A DNA stretch of 64,000 nt from positions 8,402 through 72,401 of the forward strand of contig JAQURC010000002.1 of assembly GCA_028715785.1 (NCBI GenBank), read 5' to 3'. How positions within the stretch are numbered: the first letter of the stretch is position 1; each line of letters begins with the position of its first letter. Below the pieces are notes generated by a model, which searched no databases, was not told the DNA's origin, and was given only the letters and a program-made list of their open reading frames with translations. Origin of the DNA: Candidatus Omnitrophota bacterium. Lineage in GTDB: Bacteria; Omnitrophota; Gorgyraeia; Gygaellales; Profunditerraquicolaceae. Below are positions 31,936 through 42,053 of this stretch, piece after piece. The translations under genes were made by a program, and so were the position numbers.

Positions 31936-32295
31936 ATGAGAAAAAAAGAAGAGCTAAGGCTCAAGAGGCATAAAAGAATTAAAATGAAGATGCTGGGTAC
32001 CGCCGAGAAGCCCCGGCTGGTGGTGCACCGTTCTTTAAAGAATATTTCCGCCCAAGTCTTAGATGACACCGTAGGAAAGGTTTTGTTTTCTCTTTCCACT
32101 AAAGATAAGGCTTTGAAACAGAAATTTACCAGCGCCGGGAACGTGAAATCAGCGGAGCTTTTTGGCCAATTATTTGCCCAAGAGGCAAAGGGAAAAGGGT
32201 ATAGCAAGGTAATTTTCGACCGGGCAGGATATCTTTATCACGGCAGGATTAAATCTTTTGCCGATGCATTAAGAAAAGGCGGAATGGAGTTCTAA
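31936..32295 (+). CDS. rplR: 50S ribosomal protein L18
   Basis: 119 aa L18 family. Confidence 0.93.
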   Translation: MRKKEELRLKRHKRIKMKMLGTAEKPRLVVHRSLKNISAQVLDDTVGKVLFSLSTKDKALKQKFTSAGNVKSAELFGQLFAQEAKGKGYSKVIFDRAGYLYHGRIKSFADALRKGGMEF

Positions 32296-32298
32296 ATT

Positions 32299-32751
32299 AT
32301 GCGTGAACTAACTATCGGACAGCAATCGGATTTGGTGGAGAAGGTTATCAGTATTAACCGCGTTACCAAGGTAACTAAGGGCGGGAAAAAGCTGCATTTC
32401 AGCGCTTTAGTGGTTGTGGGAGATACCAAGGGCAGGGTTGGTTTTGCTTTGGATAAAGCCAATGAGGTGGCCGAGGCTATTCGTAAATCTTTAACCAAGG
32501 CCAAGAAGAGCCTGTTTAAGATCCCTCTTGAAGGGGCAACGATCCCGCATGAGATAATCGGTAAATTTGGAGCCGCCAGTGTTTTGCTCAAACCGGCATC
32601 GGAAGGTACAGGTGTTATTGCTGCCGGACCGGTGCGGGCAATTTGTGAAGCTGCCGGGATCAAAGATATACTCACCAAGTGTTTAAAGTCGAATAATCCG
32701 ATCAATGTTATTAAGGCGACGATGCAGGGGTTAAGGAGCCTGAAAGCTTAA
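32299..32751 (+). CDS. rpsE: 30S ribosomal protein S5
   Basis: 150 aa S5 family (dsRBD-like plus S5 C domain). Confidence 0.95.
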   Translation: MRELTIGQQSDLVEKVISINRVTKVTKGGKKLHFSALVVVGDTKGRVGFALDKANEVAEAIRKSLTKAKKSLFKIPLEGATIPHEIIGKFGAASVLLKPASEGTGVIAAGPVRAICEAAGIKDILTKCLKSNNPINVIKATMQGLRSLKA

Positions 32752-32758
32752 AAATAAA

Positions 32759-33313
32759 ATGAAAGAAAAAAAATCCGAAAGTAAGCCGATAGCTAAGAAA
32801 CCGGCGATAAAAAAGATTGTAAGAAAATCTATTCCTGAAGAGGTTAAGAAAGAGCCCGTAGTGAGTTTGGTTTCTTTGCATAACCTAAAGAGCCCGTTTG
32901 GTTCGCATAAAAAAAGAAAGCTTTTGGGGCGCGGTTCCAGTTCCGGACATGGCAAAACCTCAACCCGCGGAAGCAAGGGGCAAACCTCCCGCGCCGGCAG
33001 GCATTTTTATTTAGGTTTTGAAGGAGGCCAATCTCCGCTTATCCGCAGAATGCCTAAGCGCGGGTTTGTGAGTAACTTTAAAAAAGTTTATCAGATTGTT
33101 AACTTGGCGGATTTAAATTCGATTAAAGAAGCTGTGATTACTCCGCTTCTTTTAAAGCAGAGCGGCTTAATCAAGGATGAATCCGCCTTGATTAAGATAT
33201 TGGGAAACGGCAGCATTAAGAATGCGGTGACTATCCAGGCGCATGCATTTTCAAAACGTGCATCTTCGGAGATCGCCAGCGCCGGCGGCAAAGCAGAAAT
33301 CCTAAATGTTTAA
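32759..33313 (+). CDS. rplO: 50S ribosomal protein L15 with about 40-aa Lys-rich N-terminal extension
   Basis: KRKLLGRGSSSGHGKTSTRGSKGQTSRAG matches L15 N-terminal motif; no L30 gene between rpsE and rplO. Confidence 0.9.
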   Translation: MKEKKSESKPIAKKPAIKKIVRKSIPEEVKKEPVVSLVSLHNLKSPFGSHKKRKLLGRGSSSGHGKTSTRGSKGQTSRAGRHFYLGFEGGQSPLIRRMPKRGFVSNFKKVYQIVNLADLNSIKEAVITPLLLKQSGLIKDESALIKILGNGSIKNAVTIQAHAFSKRASSEIASAGGKAEILNV

Positions 33314-34652
33314 TGCACTGGTTAATGCTTTTAAGATCCCGGATTTAAAAAGAAGATTAATTATTACCGGCGCGCTGATTGCGGTTTATCGCGTGGGTTG
33401 TTATATTCCTACTCCCGGTATTGACGGAGCAGCGCTGGCGGATTTTTTTAACCGCATTGCTAAAACTCAAGGCGGTACGCTCTTTGGCATAATTAACATG
33501 TTTTCCGGCGGCGCTATGGAACGCTTAACCATCTTTGCCCTGGGGATAATGCCGTATATCTCATCCTCCATTATTATGCAGTTACTCACTGCGGTTATCC
33601 CGGCTTTTGAAAAAATGGCCAAAGAGGGCAAATCCGGATACGAAAAGATCAATCAGTTTACCCGTTACGGGACGGTCCTCTTGTCGGTTATCCAGTCTTA
33701 TTTTATCGCCCTCTGGCTTGAGAATCCGGCGCGTTTTGAAGGCTTGCAAATTGTCATGCATCCGGGTTGGGGGTTCCGTATTCTAACGGTTTTGACCCTG
33801 ACCACCGGAACGATTTTTATCATGTGGCTGGGCGAACAGATCCAGGAACGCGGGATCGGAAACGGTATTTCCCTGGTGATTACCGCCGGTATTATTTCGC
33901 GTATTCCTACGGCGCTCAATCAACTTTTTGTTTTAATTTCTCCGTTTGCCCCCAGCCGCAGGCAGATCCAGCCGGTCACTTTGTTGATCATGGCGGTTTT
34001 ATTAGTGGTTGTGGTGTTTTCGGTAATCATGATTACACAGGGCATACGTAAGATTCCCGTGCAATATGCCCGCAGGATCGTCGGACGCAAGATTTACGGG
34101 GGACAGAGCACATATATACCGCTTAAGGTAGATACCTCCGGAGTTATCGCGATTATTTTCGCGCAGTCAATTATTTTGTTTCCGGCCACATTAGCTTCTT
34201 TTATCCCGAATCCGGGTTTTCAACGGCTGGCCCAGGGTTTAATCCGCGGGCAGCTGCTTTATTCGCTGGTTTACGCTCTTTTGATAATTTTCTTCTGTTA
34301 TTTTTATACGGCCATTGTTTTTAATCCCAATGACCTGTCTGAAAACATGAAAAAGTACGGCGGTTTTATTCCCGGGATCCGGCCCGGGACACCTACCGCT
34401 GAATTCCTCGATTATGTGATGACCAGGATCACTTTGGCCGGCGCCAGTTTCATTGCGGTGATCGCCATTTTCCCGGATTTTATCATGGCCTGGTTAAAGG
34501 TGCCATACCTGGTTGCTTCATTTTTCGGCGGCACGGGTGTTTTGATTATCGTCGGGGTAATGCTGGATACTTTAAAACAAATCGAATCGCACCTGTTGAC
34601 GCACCATTACGAAGGTTTTATCAAAAGCGGCCAAATCAGGGGAAGAAGATAA
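33306..34652 (+). CDS. secY: preprotein translocase subunit SecY
   Basis: 448 aa, 10 TM, SecY family, canonical position. Confidence 0.95.
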   Translation: MFNALVNAFKIPDLKRRLIITGALIAVYRVGCYIPTPGIDGAALADFFNRIAKTQGGTLFGIINMFSGGAMERLTIFALGIMPYISSSIIMQLLTAVIPAFEKMAKEGKSGYEKINQFTRYGTVLLSVIQSYFIALWLENPARFEGLQIVMHPGWGFRILTVLTLTTGTIFIMWLGEQIQERGIGNGISLVITAGIISRIPTALNQLFVLISPFAPSRRQIQPVTLLIMAVLLVVVVFSVIMITQGIRKIPVQYARRIVGRKIYGGQSTYIPLKVDTSGVIAIIFAQSIILFPATLASFIPNPGFQRLAQGLIRGQLLYSLVYALLIIFFCYFYTAIVFNPNDLSENMKKYGGFIPGIRPGTPTAEFLDYVMTRITLAGASFIAVIAIFPDFIMAWLKVPYLVASFFGGTGVLIIVGVMLDTLKQIESHLLTHHYEGFIKSGQIRGRR

Positions 34653-35299
34653 TGTATCTGGTACTCTTAGGGCCTCCCGGGGCCGGTAAAGGCACTCAGG
34701 CAAAAAGGCTGGCCGAAAGATTGGCCCTGCCGCATATATCAACCGGAGACATCTTGAGGCAGAATGTCAAGGACGGCACGGATTTGGGCAAGCAGGCCAA
34801 GGGTATTATGGATAAAGGTTTGCTGGTGCCGGATGATTTAGTCGCTAAAATGCTGGATGAGCGTTTCAATAATCCGGATATAAAAAAAGGTTTTATCCTG
34901 GACGGCTACCCGCGGACATTGGCTCAGGCCAAAACATTAGATGATATATTGAGCCGTAAGGAACTGGCGGTGGATTTAGTGGTTTATTTAAATACCAGCG
35001 ATGAGATAATCATTAAGCGGCTTACCGGAAGGCTGGTTTGCTCTAAGTGCGGAGCGAACTTTCACGTAACTAATATGCCTCCCAGGGTTAAGGGGGTCTG
35101 TGATAGCTGCCAGGGTTCTCTGTATCAGCGTTCCGATGATAATGAAACAACGGTACGTAAGCGCCTGGAAGTCTATAAGCATGAAGTTGCTTCTTTGATA
35201 AAGTATTACACCCAAGCCAAAAAGCTGCGCAGTTTGAATGCGGATCTGGATCCGGGGGTAGTTTTAGGGCAGATTATCGAATTGAGCGCCAAGGCTTAA
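34652..35299 (+). CDS. adk: adenylate kinase (zinc-lid form CxxC...CxxC)
   Basis: GPPGAGKGTQA P-loop; CSKCG...CDSC lid. Confidence 0.95.
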   Translation: MYLVLLGPPGAGKGTQAKRLAERLALPHISTGDILRQNVKDGTDLGKQAKGIMDKGLLVPDDLVAKMLDERFNNPDIKKGFILDGYPRTLAQAKTLDDILSRKELAVDLVVYLNTSDEIIIKRLTGRLVCSKCGANFHVTNMPPRVKGVCDSCQGSLYQRSDDNETTVRKRLEVYKHEVASLIKYYTQAKKLRSLNADLDPGVVLGQIIELSAKA

Positions 35300-36043
35300 A
35301 TGATTTTCCTGAAGTCGCCAGAAGATTTAGAGATGCTCAAGCGCTCGGGAAAAATTCTGGCTGCGGTTATGCGCAAGGTTGAAAAAATCGTGCAGCCGGG
35401 GATTACGACTTTAGATATCGACCGCCTAAGCCAAGAGCTGATTATTAAAGAAAATGCCGTTGCGGCTTTTAAAGGTTATAAAGGTTTTCCGGCAGCCTCT
35501 TGTGTTTCCGTAAATGAAGAGATTGTGCACGGGATTCCCGGGCCAAGAGTGCTCCTGGAAGGGGATATCGTCAGCATAGATTTAGGGGTGAACTACCAGG
35601 GTTATTTTTCGGATATGGCGGTAACTTTGGCAGTCGGTAGAATAGATGAAAGCAGGAAAAAGTTAATCGCAGTAACCAGGCAGTCACTGGATACAGGTAT
35701 CAAGCAGGCGCGGGTAGGAAATAATTTAACTGATATTTCTCATAGTATTCAAACTTTTGTTGAGGCGCAGGGGTTCTCGGTGGTCAGGCAATTTGTCGGC
35801 CATGGCATAGGGGCTGCTTTGCATGAGGACCCTGAGATCCCTAACTTTGGACAGCCGCATTCAGGCCCGCTTTTAAAAAGCGGGATGGTCTTGGCTATTG
35901 AGCCGATGATCAATATGGGGGGCTGGGAGTGTCTTATCCTGGATAACGGCTGGACAGCGGTAACCAAAGACGGCGCCCCGTCCGCGCATTTCGAACACAC
36001 TGTAGCCGTTACCGATAAGGGGCCGGTAATATTGACGCAATAG
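35300..36043 (+). CDS. map: methionine aminopeptidase type I
   Basis: 247 aa; metal ligands in GHGIG, HEDP, E...E context. Confidence 0.93.
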   Translation: MIFLKSPEDLEMLKRSGKILAAVMRKVEKIVQPGITTLDIDRLSQELIIKENAVAAFKGYKGFPAASCVSVNEEIVHGIPGPRVLLEGDIVSIDLGVNYQGYFSDMAVTLAVGRIDESRKKLIAVTRQSLDTGIKQARVGNNLTDISHSIQTFVEAQGFSVVRQFVGHGIGAALHEDPEIPNFGQPHSGPLLKSGMVLAIEPMINMGGWECLILDNGWTAVTKDGAPSAHFEHTVAVTDKGPVILTQ

Positions 36044-36044
36044 C

Positions 36045-36263
36045 ATGCCAAAAGAAGAACTGATTGAGACAGAAGGAAAAATTATCGAAGCGCTGCCCAA
36101 TGCCATGTTTAAGGTAGAGCTTGAGAACGGACATGTGGTTTTAGCGCATGTTTCGGGAAAAATGCGGATGAATTTCATCAGGATTCTTCCGGGTGATAAA
36201 GTTAAGTTAGAGCTTTCTCCTTATGATTTAAGCCGGGGGAGAATTACTTTTAGGGTGAGATAA
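36045..36263 (+). CDS. infA: translation initiation factor IF-1
   Basis: 72 aa S1-like OB fold. Confidence 0.93.
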   Translation: MPKEELIETEGKIIEALPNAMFKVELENGHVVLAHVSGKMRMNFIRILPGDKVKLELSPYDLSRGRITFRVR

Positions 36264-36377
36264 ATGAAAGTTAAAGCGTCGATCCGTAAAATTTGCGATA
36301 AGTGTAAAATAATCAAAAGAAGAGGGGTAGTGCGGGTTATTTGCGTAACTACCAAACATAAACAAAGGCAAGGGTAA
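36264..36377 (+). CDS. rpmJ: 50S ribosomal protein L36 (zinc form)
   Basis: 37-aa [40 protein letters not shown] (below ORF-track cutoff); between infA and rpsM. Confidence 0.9.
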   Translation: MKVKASIRKICDKCKIIKRRGVVRVICVTTKHKQRQG

Positions 36378-36390
36378 AATTATTTTTTAA

Positions 36391-36440
36391 CACCCCGCGC
36401 TTAAAAGGAATCGCGCGGGTCTGCCCGCCTGGGCAAGGAG
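36391..36440 (+). repeat. gene-proximal two-hairpin+SD element (upstream of rpsM)
   Basis: CACCCCGCGCTTAAAAGGAATCGCGCGGGTCTGCCCGCCTGGGCAAGGAG. Confidence 0.75.
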
Positions 36441-36448
36441 CTTAAAAT

Positions 36449-36859
36449 ATGCCAAGAATTATCGGTGTTGATATACCAAAAGAAAAAAGGATTGAGATTG
36501 CTCTTACTTATTTATATGGAATAGGCAGGGCGCTTTCAAATGTTGTGCTTAAGGAAGCAGGGATCAACCCGGATAAGCGGGCCAAGGATTTAAGCGAAGA
36601 GGAGGTCTCCCGGATTACCAATATTTTGCAAAAAGGGACATGGAGGATCGAGGGGGATTTACGGCGCGATATATCGCAGAATATCAAGCGCCTTATGGAC
36701 ATTGGTTCCTGGAGGGGGATGCGCCATAAAAAAGGCCTTCCGGTCAGGGGTCAGCGCACGCGCACTAATTCGCGTACCAGAAAAGGCAAGAAGAGGGTAA
36801 ATCTTGCTCCTATAAAAAAAGCCGAACCGGCAAAAGCCGCTAAGCCTGCCGCAAAATAA
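36449..36859 (+). CDS. rpsM: 30S ribosomal protein S13
   Basis: [26 protein letters not shown]. Confidence 0.95.
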   Translation: MPRIIGVDIPKEKRIEIALTYLYGIGRALSNVVLKEAGINPDKRAKDLSEEEVSRITNILQKGTWRIEGDLRRDISQNIKRLMDIGSWRGMRHKKGLPVRGQRTRTNSRTRKGKKRVNLAPIKKAEPAKAAKPAAK

Positions 36860-36861
36860 TA

Positions 36862-36910
36862 CACCCCGCGCTAATTTGAATTGCGCGGGTGTGTGTTCGT
36901 ACACAAGGAG
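36862..36910 (+). repeat. gene-proximal two-hairpin+SD element (upstream of rpsK; hairpin 2 fully covaried TGTGT-TCGT-ACACA)
   Basis: CACCCCGCGCTAATTTGAATTGCGCGGGTGTGTGTTCGTACACAAGGAG. Confidence 0.75.
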
Positions 36911-36921
36911 ATAAAAATAAA

Positions 36922-37311
36922 ATGGCGACAAAAGATAACGCAAAGAAGAAAAAAATCGCACGGGGCATAACCAGCGGTATTGCCCATATCCAGGCAAGCT
37001 TTAATAACACGATTATTTCAATAACCGACAAGCAGGGCAATGTCCTGGCTTGGAGCGCTCCGGGGACCGTTGGTTACAGCGGTTCTAAGAAATCCACGCC
37101 ATTTGCCGCCCAAATTGCGGCAACGGATGTTGCCAGGAAGGCCAAAGAAGTCGGTGTCAAGGAATTGGAAGTTTATGTGAAGGGTCCGGGTTTCGGCAGG
37201 GAGTCGGCGATCCGGGCGCTTCAGGCAGCAGGAATGGTTGTAACTTTGATTAAGGATGTGACTCCTATTCCTCATAATGGTTGCCGTCCTAAGAAGAAAA
37301 GGAGAGTCTAA
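36922..37311 (+). CDS. rpsK: 30S ribosomal protein S11
   Basis: S11 family; start corrected to ATG after SD (ORF-track start 36889 lies in the repeat). Confidence 0.93.
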   Translation: MATKDNAKKKKIARGITSGIAHIQASFNNTIISITDKQGNVLAWSAPGTVGYSGSKKSTPFAAQIAATDVARKAKEVGVKELEVYVKGPGFGRESAIRALQAAGMVVTLIKDVTPIPHNGCRPKKKRRV

Positions 37312-37314
37312 CTT

Positions 37315-37944
37315 ATGGGCCGTTATACTGGTGCAGTTTGCAGGTTATGTCGCAGGCAGGGGGAAAAACTGTTTTTAAAGGGGACCAGGTGTCAGACTGA
37401 AAAGTGTGCCGCCAGTAAAAGGGCGTATCCGCCCGGCCAGCACGGGCAAGGCAGAAGGCAGAAGCTTTCTAACTACGGAGTGCAGCTGAAAGAGAAACAG
37501 AAAGTTAAAAGGATTTACGGTGTTTTGGAAAGGCAGTTCCGTAAATATTTCAAGATCGCCTCAAAGACTAAAGGGGTCACCGGCAAGGTGCTTTTGCAAT
37601 TGTTAGAGCGCCGGCTGGATAATGTGGTTTTCCGCATGGGCCTGGGTATTTCCCGTTCACAGGCGCGCCAGATTGTCAGGCACAATTTAGTGGCGGTTAA
37701 TTCCCGCAGGGTCAATATTCCGTCATATTTAGTGGATAAAGATGATTTGGTTGAGATTAAAGCCAAGGATAAAGCTAAAATTAAGATCAAAGATAATCTG
37801 GAGCTTTCTAAAGACAGGACTGTTCCCGGTTGGCTTGAATTCAATGCGGCGGAGATGAAAGCCAAAGTTGCCAGGCTTCCTGAGAAAACCGATATTCAAC
37901 AGCCGATACAAGAGCAGTTGATCGTTGAGTTGTATTCTAAATAA
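37315..37944 (+). CDS. rpsD: 30S ribosomal protein S4 (zinc-finger form)
   Basis: MGRYTGAVCRLCRRQGEKLFLKGTRCQTEKC. Confidence 0.95.
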   Translation: MGRYTGAVCRLCRRQGEKLFLKGTRCQTEKCAASKRAYPPGQHGQGRRQKLSNYGVQLKEKQKVKRIYGVLERQFRKYFKIASKTKGVTGKVLLQLLERRLDNVVFRMGLGISRSQARQIVRHNLVAVNSRRVNIPSYLVDKDDLVEIKAKDKAKIKIKDNLELSKDRTVPGWLEFNAAEMKAKVARLPEKTDIQQPIQEQLIVELYSK

Positions 37945-37991
37945 AAATAGAATTAATCCGTAGTTTTATTAAATACAATTAGGGGGATAAA

Positions 37992-38984
37992 ATGGGGATA
38001 AAATGGAGAGATTTTCAGTTTCCTAAGAAACTTGATTGTGATGAGTCGACATATACCGATACATACGGAAAATTTCAGGCGGCGCCTTTTGAAAGAGGAT
38101 ATGGGGTAACCCTGGGTAACTCTTTAAGAAGGGTGCTGCTTTCATCCATCGAAGGCAGCGCGGTTACGGCAATTAAAATTGCCGGAGTCTCCCATGAATT
38201 TTCCACTATACCCGGCATACTTGAGGATGTGCCGGAGATCATCTTAAATATCAAAAGCCTGGTTTTAAATTCTCACTCCAAAATCCCCAAAACAATTTAT
38301 TTAAAAGCGGATAAAAAAGGGGAGGTTAAGGCCAAGGATATCCAGGCGGATGAGACAATCGAGATCATTAATCCTGAGCTGCATATCGCCACCCTTACTA
38401 AGGATACCAAACTTAATATCGAAATGGAGGTATCCCGCGGCAGAGGTTATGTTCCGGCCGAAGCGAATAAAAAAGAAGATAAAGTCGCCGGTTTCATCGC
38501 CGTGGATTCGATATTCACGCCGATTAAAAAGATCAACTATTACGTGGAAAATACCCGCGTAGGCCAGCGGACGGATTACGATAAGCTGATCCTTGAGATC
38601 TGGACCAATGGCAGCATTAATCCTAAGGATGCCCTGCTCTATGCTTCTAATATTTTACAAAGGCATTTGGATATTTTTGTAAGTTTTGGCCAGCTTCCTG
38701 AAGATGTCGCTGAAGAGGAGCCGGAGATGACCAAGGAGGACGCGGCTTTGTATGAAAAATTAAGGCTGCCGATTTCCGAGCTTGAGCTTTCAGTGAGAAG
38801 CTCCAACTGTTTAAGGGAAGCCGGAATTAAAACTATCGCTGATCTGGTTAAGAGGACTGAAGATGAGATGCTCAATTTTAAGAATTTCGGCAAGAAGTCT
38901 CTTACCGAAATTCAGGAGCTGCTTATGGGTATGGGGGTCAGTTTAGGGATGCAGGTTGATCCCAAGAAAATGAAGAAGGGATAA
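37992..38984 (+). CDS. rpoA: DNA-directed RNA polymerase subunit alpha
   Basis: 330 aa; NTD dimerisation and CTD motifs (SVRSSNCLREAGIKTIADLV). Confidence 0.93.
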   Translation: MGIKWRDFQFPKKLDCDESTYTDTYGKFQAAPFERGYGVTLGNSLRRVLLSSIEGSAVTAIKIAGVSHEFSTIPGILEDVPEIILNIKSLVLNSHSKIPKTIYLKADKKGEVKAKDIQADETIEIINPELHIATLTKDTKLNIEMEVSRGRGYVPAEANKKEDKVAGFIAVDSIFTPIKKINYYVENTRVGQRTDYDKLILEIWTNGSINPKDALLYASNILQRHLDIFVSFGQLPEDVAEEEPEMTKEDAALYEKLRLPISELELSVRSSNCLREAGIKTIADLVKRTEDEMLNFKNFGKKSLTEIQELLMGMGVSLGMQVDPKKMKKG

Positions 38985-38990
38985 GAGTAA

Positions 38991-39557
38991 ATGAGACACG
39001 CAAAGAAAAGACTGCAGCTTGGCCGTTTTACCAGTTGGCATGATGCGACAATAAAGAGCTTAGCCAAAAATATGATCATTTGCCAGAGCATTAAAACTAC
39101 TTTGACCAGGGCCAAAGCCAGCAAGCAGATGGTCGATAAACTTATAACCCTGGCTAAGAAAAACACGCTTTTTGCCCGCAGGCAGGCGCAGAAAGTGCTC
39201 GGTGAACATAAAATAGTCAATCTGCTTTTTAATGAAATCGGGCCGCGTTTTGCTAACCGCAGCAGCGGTTTTACCAGGATTATCAGCATCGGCAAACGCC
39301 GCGGCGATAACGCAGAGATGGTTATTTTTGAGCTTACGGAATTAAAGAAAAAAGAACCTAAAAAAACCAAATTAGCCAAAGAAGCCAGGCCGCAGGCGAC
39401 CCAGGCAGAAGAGGTTGTTGAAGAAAAAATTACGCAGGAACAGAAAAAGGAACCCAAGGCGGTAACTAAAGAAGCTCCGGTTGATCAGAAGAAGCCGCAG
39501 AAGAAATTTATGGGGGGCTTGCGGACCATATTTAGAAAGAAAAGTGATTCTTTGTAA
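38991..39557 (+). CDS. rplQ: 50S ribosomal protein L17 with Lys/Glu-rich C-terminal extension
   Basis: MRHAKKRLQLGRFTSWHDATIKSLAKN... L17 family. Confidence 0.93.
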   Translation: MRHAKKRLQLGRFTSWHDATIKSLAKNMIICQSIKTTLTRAKASKQMVDKLITLAKKNTLFARRQAQKVLGEHKIVNLLFNEIGPRFANRSSGFTRIISIGKRRGDNAEMVIFELTELKKKEPKKTKLAKEARPQATQAEEVVEEKITQEQKKEPKAVTKEAPVDQKKPQKKFMGGLRTIFRKKSDSL

Positions 39558-39574
39558 ACTGAAGAAAAACTTTT

Positions 39575-40750
39575 ATGAAGATAGATACTCGGCTTGCTGA
39601 GCGCCTAAAAAAAATCCATCCTTCCTCGACGCTGGCGATAACCTCTAAAGCTAAAAAGCTTAAAAGCGAAGGCAAGGATATCGTTAATTTTGCCGCCGGT
39701 GAGCCGGATTTCGATACGCCGGATTTTATAAAGGAGGCGGCAATTGCGGCAATTACTTCCGGATTCACCAAGTATACCCCCACCACAGGCACCCCCGAAC
39801 TAAAAAAACTCATTTGTCAGAAATTCAAAAAAGATAATTCATTAGAATATGCGCCGGATCAGATCATAGTTTCTAACGGGGCAAAGCACAGTATTTATAA
39901 CGCCCTGATGGTGCTTTTAAACCGCTCTGATGAAGCGCTTATCCCTTTGCCTTATTGGGTCAGTTATCCTGAAATGGCCGGCCTCTGCGAGGCAAGCGCC
40001 CGTTTCATAAAGACGACTGCCGCAAATAATTTTAAAATTTCCGCAAAAGACCTCCAGAAGCACATTACCACTAAAACCAAAGTACTTATTCTCAATAGCC
40101 CGTCAAACCCGGCCGGGTCGGTTTATAGCCGCCAGGAGCTTGAAGAGATAGCTAAAATCTGCGTGGATAAAAATATTTTTGTAATCAGCGATGAGATTTA
40201 CGAGAAGATTACTTTTGACGGCTTAAAGCATAATTCGATTGCCAGCTTCAATAAAGATATTTATAACCTCACCATTACGGTTAACGGCCTGTCTAAAAGC
40301 CATTCCATGACCGGCTGGCGTATCGGCTATCTGGGCGCGCCAAGCGATATTGCCAATGCCATTTCAAACCTGCAGGATCATTCAACCTCCAATCCTAATT
40401 CCATCGCCCAGAAAGCAGCGGTGGCTGCGTTAAGCGCGCCGGAGGATTTTACGCATGAATTGTGCCGGGAGTTTGCCAAAAGGAGGGATTACCTGGCCGC
40501 AAGGCTAAAGGGGATTAAGAATTTGAATTTTTCTCTGCCGCAGGGCGCGTTTTATATGTTTTGCGATATTTCTAAAACCGGCCTTGATTCATTGACTTTT
40601 TCCAGGCGTCTGCTTGAGGAAGAATATGTCAGCCTTATTCCCGGAATAAGTTTCGGCATGGATGACCATATAAGGATAAGTTTTGCCACAAGCGTCGAAG
40701 AACTGCAAAAAGGCATGGATAGGATAGAAAAGTGGATAACAAAACTATGA
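39575..40750 (+). CDS. class I pyridoxal-phosphate aminotransferase (aspartate aminotransferase-like)
   Basis: 391 aa; SNPSNPAGSVYS and GLSKSHSMTGWRIGY (Lys-PLP motif). Confidence 0.8.
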   Translation: MKIDTRLAERLKKIHPSSTLAITSKAKKLKSEGKDIVNFAAGEPDFDTPDFIKEAAIAAITSGFTKYTPTTGTPELKKLICQKFKKDNSLEYAPDQIIVSNGAKHSIYNALMVLLNRSDEALIPLPYWVSYPEMAGLCEASARFIKTTAANNFKISAKDLQKHITTKTKVLILNSPSNPAGSVYSRQELEEIAKICVDKNIFVISDEIYEKITFDGLKHNSIASFNKDIYNLTITVNGLSKSHSMTGWRIGYLGAPSDIANAISNLQDHSTSNPNSIAQKAAVAALSAPEDFTHELCREFAKRRDYLAARLKGIKNLNFSLPQGAFYMFCDISKTGLDSLTFSRRLLEEEYVSLIPGISFGMDDHIRISFATSVEELQKGMDRIEKWITKL

Positions 40751-42003
40751 GCCAAGCGACTATAGCCGAAAAAATATTAAGCAAGCATGCCGGTAAAACC
40801 TTGCGCGCAGGAGATTTTGCGGTCTGCAAAATTGATTTTGCTTTTGGCCAGGATGGAACCTCCTCGATAATTATCGACCGGATAAAAGAGCTGGGGGTAA
40901 AAAAAATAAAAACCAAGTTTTGCATGGTAATTGACCATAGCGCCCCCAGCCCCAGCGAAGGGGTTTCCCGGGTGCATAAGAAGATGCGCGATTTTTCGCA
41001 GGATTTTAATACGGAAATTTTCGATATCGGCTGCGGGGTTTGCCATCAGGTTATCCCTGAATCGGGAAATGTTTTACCCGGAGATTTAGTTTTAGGGGCA
41101 GATTCCCATACCTGTACCTATGGGGCACTGGGGGCATTCTCTACGGGTGTGGGTTCTACGGATCTGGCGATAGCTTTAGCTACGGGAAAGAATTGGTTTA
41201 AAGTCCCGGCAACCGTGAAAATTATCGTTACGGGAAAACTTCCCAAAGGGGTTTTTGCCAAGGATATAATTTTGCATATAATCGGTAAATTAAAAAGTGA
41301 CGGGGCTACCTATAAAGCAGTTGAATTCTACGGCCCGGCGATTAATAATATGGGTATGGACGGCCGGTTCACTGTTGCCAATATGCTGGTTGAGATGGGG
41401 GCAAAGACAGGCTTTCTGCCGGTTGATGATAAAACCGCTGCCTGGTTAAAATCCAGGGTTAGCGGCAGCCGGCGCATTGAACATATTACCGCAGACAAAG
41501 GGGCTCTTTATGAGAATGTTTATGAGTTTGATATTTCAAAACTTGAACCGGTGGTTTCTATGCCCCATAGCGTAGATAATACCGCGCAGGCATCGACTTT
41601 AAAAAAGGTAAAAATAAACGAAGCTTTTTTGGGCACCTGTACTAACGGCCGGATCGATGATTTGAAGGTTGCGGCAAAGATCTTGAATAAACGCAAGGTT
41701 TCTCCGCAAGTTAAATTAATTATTGCTCCGAGTTCCCGCAGCGTCTATCTGGAGGCTTTAAAACTCGGCCTGGTTGAGATATTTATCAAAGCCGGGGCAG
41801 TGATTGTGGCTCCGGGCTGCGGCCCTTGCGTGGGCACGCATAACGGTATTCCCAGCGACGCAGAAGTGGTGATCTCAACCGCAAATCGTAATTTTAAAGG
41901 CAGGATGGGAAATCCTTCGGCTTTTATTTATCTGGCTTCTCCGGCTACGGTGGCGGTTTCGGCGCTTAAAGGTTACATTAGTGATCCCAGGGATTATTTC
42001 TAA
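40732..42003 (+). CDS. leuC: aconitase-family hydro-lyase large subunit, small type (3-isopropylmalate / homoaconitate dehydratase LeuC-like)
   Basis: 423 aa; Fe-S ligand context GTCTNGR, CGPCVG; paired LeuD-like gene downstream. Confidence 0.75.
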   Translation: MDNKTMSQATIAEKILSKHAGKTLRAGDFAVCKIDFAFGQDGTSSIIIDRIKELGVKKIKTKFCMVIDHSAPSPSEGVSRVHKKMRDFSQDFNTEIFDIGCGVCHQVIPESGNVLPGDLVLGADSHTCTYGALGAFSTGVGSTDLAIALATGKNWFKVPATVKIIVTGKLPKGVFAKDIILHIIGKLKSDGATYKAVEFYGPAINNMGMDGRFTVANMLVEMGAKTGFLPVDDKTAAWLKSRVSGSRRIEHITADKGALYENVYEFDISKLEPVVSMPHSVDNTAQASTLKKVKINEAFLGTCTNGRIDDLKVAAKILNKRKVSPQVKLIIAPSSRSVYLEALKLGLVEIFIKAGAVIVAPGCGPCVGTHNGIPSDAEVVISTANRNFKGRMGNPSAFIYLASPATVAVSALKGYISDPRDYF

Positions 42004-42004
42004 C

Positions 42005-42053
42005 CACCCCGCGCTTATAAGGAATTGCGCGGGTGTGCCCGTGTGGGCAAGGA
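42005..42053 (+). repeat. gene-proximal two-hairpin+SD element (upstream of pilT)
   Basis: CACCCCGCGCTTATAAGGAATTGCGCGGGTGTGCCCGTGTGGGCAAGGAGG. Confidence 0.75.

Noticed and set aside
32759-32880. L30-L15 fusion
   Set aside because: The N-terminal 40 aa of rplO are Lys/Pro-rich and low-complexity and do not match the L30 ferredoxin-like fold signature.
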